DNA of 64,000 bases from Gemmatimonadota bacterium (GTDB lineage: Bacteria > Gemmatimonadota > Gemmatimonadetes > Gemmatimonadales > GWC2-71-9), in NCBI GenBank assembly GCA_003222085.1, contig QHUK01000010.1, positions 3,688 through 67,687 on the forward strand, given 5' to 3'. The notes below the pieces were generated by a model. That model worked only from the letters and a program-made list of their open reading frames with translations, made no database searches and was not told the DNA's origin. This document shows positions 60,696 to 64,000 of this stretch, one piece after another; the first letter of the stretch is position 1; the number at the start of each line of letters is the position of its first letter. The position numbers and the translations under genes are program-made.

Positions 60696-62344
60696 CGCCG
60701 GTAGACCACCCTGCCACCCACGATCGTGTACCGCACCCTTGCCTGATCGAGCGAATCGGCCGGCGTCGTGAAGAGATTGCGGTCCAGCACGACAAGATCC
60801 GCATCAGCGCCCGGTGTGAGCGTGCCTCGTCTGGCCTCGTCGAACGTCGCATAGGCGTTGCCCGCCGTGTAGGCACGCAGCGCCTCTGCCACCGAGATCT
60901 TCTGCTCCGGTACCCACCCATCAGGATGCCTGCCGTCGAGCGTGCGGCGAGTGACGGCCGCGTACACGCCGAGGATCGGGTCGAGCGGCGCGACCGTCCA
61001 ATCCGACCCGAAGGCGAGCCTGGCGCCCGTGTCGAGCAGCGTGCGGAACGGGTAGGTCGTCTTGATGCGGACCGGCCCGATGCGCTGCTCCACCCAGCGC
61101 CCGTCGTCAATGGCGTGATAGGGCTGCACCGACGCGATCACGCCGAGCTTTCCGAACAGGGGGATGTCCTGTGGGCGCAGGTGCTGGGCGTGCTCGACCC
61201 GGAAACGTCGGTCGCGCGGCCCGTGTGCCCGCGCCACGCTGTCGTAGATCGACAGGAGAACCGCGTTGGCGCGATCGCCGATCGCGTGGACGGCGATCTG
61301 GAGACCCGCCGAGTCGGCGCCGCCGATCCAGCGGCGCATGTCCGCCTCCGGATGCTGCAACAGCCCTTGATAGCCTGCCGAGTCGCTGTAGGGTTCGAAA
61401 AAGTAGGCGGTGCGGGACCCCGCCGAACCGTCCATGTAGCCTTTGAGCCCGCCGATCTTCACCCAATCGTCGCCGTGCCCCGAGCGGCTCACCGTCTCCG
61501 CGACGGCCTGCCATGACTCGAGCGGGAGATAGAGCGCCACCCGCACGGTGAGCCGGCCCGCCCGCTCGAGGCGGTGGTAGGTCTCGAGATCGGCCCACGA
61601 CGCGGACACGTGGGACGTGGCCGTGACGCCCAACGACGCGGCGTACGCGAGCGCGCGAGCGAGGGCCGAATCACGCTGGGCGGGAGATGGGTCCGGGATC
61701 GCACGGCCGACGAGGTCGAGCGCACGGTCTTTGAAGATGCCCGTCGGCTCGTCGGTCCTCGGATCCCGCAGGATCTCACCACCTGAGGGAGTAGGGATGG
61801 CCTTCGTGACCGCAGCAGCGCGCATGGCTGCTGCGTTCGCCAGCGCCTCATGGCCATCCAGCCGGTTCACGAATACCGGATTGCTCGGCGTGACCGAATC
61901 GATCCACTCGTGATGGGGGAGCGGCTGGCCGGGCCACAGCGTATGGTCCCAATCACCGCCGGTGATCCATTCGCCGGGCTTCAGGGTCTTGGCGTAGTCC
62001 TTGATGCGCCGGATGAACTCCTTGGGCGTCGCCGCATTCCTGAGATCCACCGAGGCGAGCTGGAAACCGCCATCGACGAAGTGCGTGTGTCCGTCGGTGA
62101 AGCCGGGCAGGACGAGCCCACCGTTGGCCTGAATCCATTGCGTCTTGGGGCCCGCGTACCGCCCGACCTGCGCGCTGTCGCCGATCGCGAGGATCTTGGC
62201 GTCGGCGATGGCAACCGCGCCCCGCTGGGGTGCGCCGGTCGAAAGGCCGGTCCAGACCATCCCGTCGGAGATGATGATGTCCGCCTTCCGGGCGCAGGCC
62301 GCGAGGGTCAGGCAGAGGAGTCCCAGAGACAAACGCAGGCGCAT
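60692..62344 (-). CDS. Amidohydrolase-family metallohydrolase (amidohydrolase 3 type), lipoprotein
   Basis: It has the lipobox 'LCLTLAAC', 'LPGFTDGHTHF', 'IAVHAIGDRAN' and 'FGSDW'. Confidence 0.85.
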   Translation of the reverse strand: MRLRLSLGLLCLTLAACARKADIIISDGMVWTGLSTGAPQRGAVAIADAKILAIGDSAQVGRYAGPKTQWIQANGGLVLPGFTDGHTHFVDGGFQLASVDLRNAATPKEFIRRIKDYAKTLKPGEWITGGDWDHTLWPGQPLPHHEWIDSVTPSNPVFVNRLDGHEALANAAAMRAAAVTKAIPTPSGGEILRDPRTDEPTGIFKDRALDLVGRAIPDPSPAQRDSALARALAYAASLGVTATSHVSASWADLETYHRLERAGRLTVRVALYLPLESWQAVAETVSRSGHGDDWVKIGGLKGYMDGSAGSRTAYFFEPYSDSAGYQGLLQHPEADMRRWIGGADSAGLQIAVHAIGDRANAVLLSIYDSVARAHGPRDRRFRVEHAQHLRPQDIPLFGKLGVIASVQPYHAIDDGRWVEQRIGPVRIKTTYPFRTLLDTGARLAFGSDWTVAPLDPILGVYAAVTRRTLDGRHPDGWVPEQKISVAEALRAYTAGNAYATFDEARRGTLTPGADADLVVLDRNLFTTPADSLDQARVRYTIVGGRVVYRR

Positions 62345-62353
62345 GCGGTTCCC

Positions 62354-62638
62354 TCAGCGCAGTCTCGTGATGCGGTGGATGGTCTCGAGCGCGGTGATCG
62401 GGTCGGGTCCGGGGGTCTTCCCGGTGCCTGGCTCGGCAACCGCCGGAAGGGACGTGAGCGCGTCGCGGATGTCGAGCAACACCTCGAGGAGGAGCTGCTC
62501 GCGCTGGTAAGCGGCGTCGAGATCCGCCATGCGCACCTGGTCGCTCGCGGCCTTGGCGCGCTCGTAGGCCTCGCGGTAGATGGACTCGAGATTGCCGAGG
62601 ATGCGGTCGCGGGAGCGGGGGGAGGCGGAAGGAGACAT
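62354..62638 (-). CDS. Hypothetical small helical protein
   Basis: The 94 aa ORF starts at ATG 62638 and is the only coherent part of a longer artefactual ORF. No family is recognised. Confidence 0.4.
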   Translation of the reverse strand: MSPSASPRSRDRILGNLESIYREAYERAKAASDQVRMADLDAAYQREQLLLEVLLDIRDALTSLPAVAEPGTGKTPGPDPITALETIHRITRLR

Positions 62639-62676
62639 GGGGAGAAAATATAGAGGCGACGGCCTGCCGCCGCCTT

Positions 62677-63996
62677 CTAGACCGCCCGGATCACCAATCC
62701 ACTCGGCACCTTCGGCACGAAGTACGTCGACTTGGGCGGCATCACCTCCCCCGCGTCGGCGACGGCGAACACGTCCCGCACTTTCGTGGGATTGAGGAGG
62801 ACCGCGGCGGCCGCCCGGCCGTTCCGGACCGCATCGAAGGCCGCTCGTGGATCGGGCGTGTAGGCGAGCGACGGCGTCGCCGTGCCGGCCCCGAGGATGC
62901 GCTGCACGACGAGCGATTCGATGCGGGCCACGTCCAGGGCGCGGACCGCGGGGGTCTTTCCCAGGTCCGGGACCTTGTCGAGGGCCGCGTCGTTCTTCAG
63001 CACGAGCGTAACGTCGTAGGCGTCGGGGAACGCCACGATGCACGCGGTGCGCTCCCGCCCGAGCTCGGCAAGCCGCTCGACTCGGTCCATGCACGGTGCT
63101 ACCCGCCCGACCTCGAACCACTCCCGCCAGGCCGCGACCAGCTTCGCCGCATCGCGCCCCGCGCCGAAGATGATGCGGTGGGTAGGGAGGACCGTAAGGC
63201 CGGGATCGCCCGCGGACACGATGAACGAGAGCACGCGGTCGGCGCTGGGGTGCTCCCGCGCATACGCCACGGCGGTCTCGTAGCGGTGATGGCCGTCCGC
63301 GATGTAGAGCTGCGCCCGGCCCGCCAGCCGGGCGAGCTCCGCCGCCTGATCACCCGACATGATCCAGAGGCGGGTCCCCACGCCGTCGAGCTCCGCGCGC
63401 GCGGCCGGCACGCCGGAGGCGCCCTTCACCAGGGCTTGCGCGAGCGTCCGGTCGGGGTCCGGGGCGAGCAGGAAAATCGACTCGAGGTTCGCACCGGTGG
63501 CGCGCAGCAGGGCGAGCCGGTCGGCCTTGGGCGCCGAGTGCGTCTGCTCGTGCGGCCGCACGCGCCGCGTCGCAAACGGCTCGGCGCGCACGGCGGCCAG
63601 CATCCCGATGCGCGTCCGGCGTTCGCCCGACGGCACGGCGTAGTCCTGCGCGACGATGTACACCGACTCCGCCGGATCCGGTCGCACTACCCCTCCCTCC
63701 CGCCACGTCGCGAGCAGCGTCGCGGCGTGCGCGTAGCGGTCCCCGCCTGCGCCCGACGGCGCTTCCGGCAGAATGAGATGCACGATATTGTGGAGATCGC
63801 GCGCCGCGTAGCGGGTGCGGTCCTCGTGAGAAATGACATCGTAGGGGGGCGCGATGAGGGCGCTCAACTCTCTCGCGGTGTACCGCTCTCCGCGGAACGG
63901 CGCGACGAGCGGCGGCAGCTCGGCGTTCACGATTGCCCGGAGCCTCCCGTGTCCCTGCGCGAAACCCAGCAGACGGTCGATCGGTGGATCGGCCAA
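62677..63996 (-). CDS. DUF1015 family protein (start near or beyond the window edge)
   Basis: It has 'PFRGERY...LIAPPYDVISHEDR' and 'YIADGHHRYETA'. The frame is still open at the window end, so the start is uncertain. Confidence 0.8.
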   Translation of the reverse strand: MADPPIDRLLGFAQGHGRLRAIVNAELPPLVAPFRGERYTARELSALIAPPYDVISHEDRTRYAARDLHNIVHLILPEAPSGAGGDRYAHAATLLATWREGGVVRPDPAESVYIVAQDYAVPSGERRTRIGMLAAVRAEPFATRRVRPHEQTHSAPKADRLALLRATGANLESIFLLAPDPDRTLAQALVKGASGVPAARAELDGVGTRLWIMSGDQAAELARLAGRAQLYIADGHHRYETAVAYAREHPSADRVLSFIVSAGDPGLTVLPTHRIIFGAGRDAAKLVAAWREWFEVGRVAPCMDRVERLAELGRERTACIVAFPDAYDVTLVLKNDAALDKVPDLGKTPAVRALDVARIESLVVQRILGAGTATPSLAYTPDPRAAFDAVRNGRAAAAVLLNPTKVRDVFAVADAGEVMPPKSTYFVPKVPSGLVIRAV

Positions 63997-64000
63997 TATA

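Noticed and set aside
1-64000. A search for prophage, integrase, transposase, toxin-antitoxin or classical defence gene clusters as the 'novel system'.
   Set aside because: None of the credible CDS shows integrase, transposase, phage structural or known TA motifs. Apart from the edge MTase/SNF2 pair, the window reads as core chromosome. The novelty candidates are therefore the selenoprotein, the heptamer-hairpin elements and the small paralog array, not a multi-gene island.

Overview
This is a very GC-rich bacterial chromosomal segment. The envelope genes are Gram-negative in type, and the gene content with TSP3-OmpA proteins is reminiscent of Gemmatimonadota-like lineages, though that is inference only. 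I can support about 55 CDS, and most are housekeeping or envelope genes. From left to right they include: a 5'-truncated Eco57I/TaqI-like N6-adenine methyltransferase overlapping an SNF2 helicase; an Na+/H+ antiporter; a HAD hydrolase, aminotransferase and ornithine cyclodeaminase-like cluster; a DUF47-PiT phosphate transport pair; an APC permease; a radical SAM protein; DUF72; an imuB-(102 aa ORF)-dnaE2 mutasome cassette; a MetE-like protein; MsrA; Lhr; IspH; an HrpA-like helicase; a GAF-containing MCP; two tandem OmpA/TSP3 proteins; M14 and M28 peptidases; an aconitase-family protein; TrmB and TetR regulators; Lon; a Ser/Thr kinase; a fused E1 dehydrogenase; an amidohydrolase; and DUF1015. 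I saw no rRNA, tRNA, CRISPR array, transposase or integrase. The main observations are these. (1) A SelW/Rdx-type selenoprotein gene with an in-frame UGA and a SECIS-like hairpin lies at 33359-33601 on the minus strand and is absent from the ORF track. (2) There is a family of short-period (7-8 nt) degenerate tandem arrays, usually paired as inverted arms that form long hairpins. The GGAACGC-type copies sit inside or flush against imuB, dnaE2 and lhr while the reading frames stay open, and one arm pair brackets the small ORF between imuB and dnaE2. (3) Three tandem paralogous small HTH/helical genes lie at 12663-13836. (4) The MTase/SNF2 pair at the window edge could be part of a restriction or defence module. 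(5) There are several perfect palindromes and possible leaderless promoters. Many long ORFs in the six-frame track are GC-driven artefacts (antisense or alternate frame) and are not reported. No database search or computation was possible, so all family calls rest on motifs read by eye.
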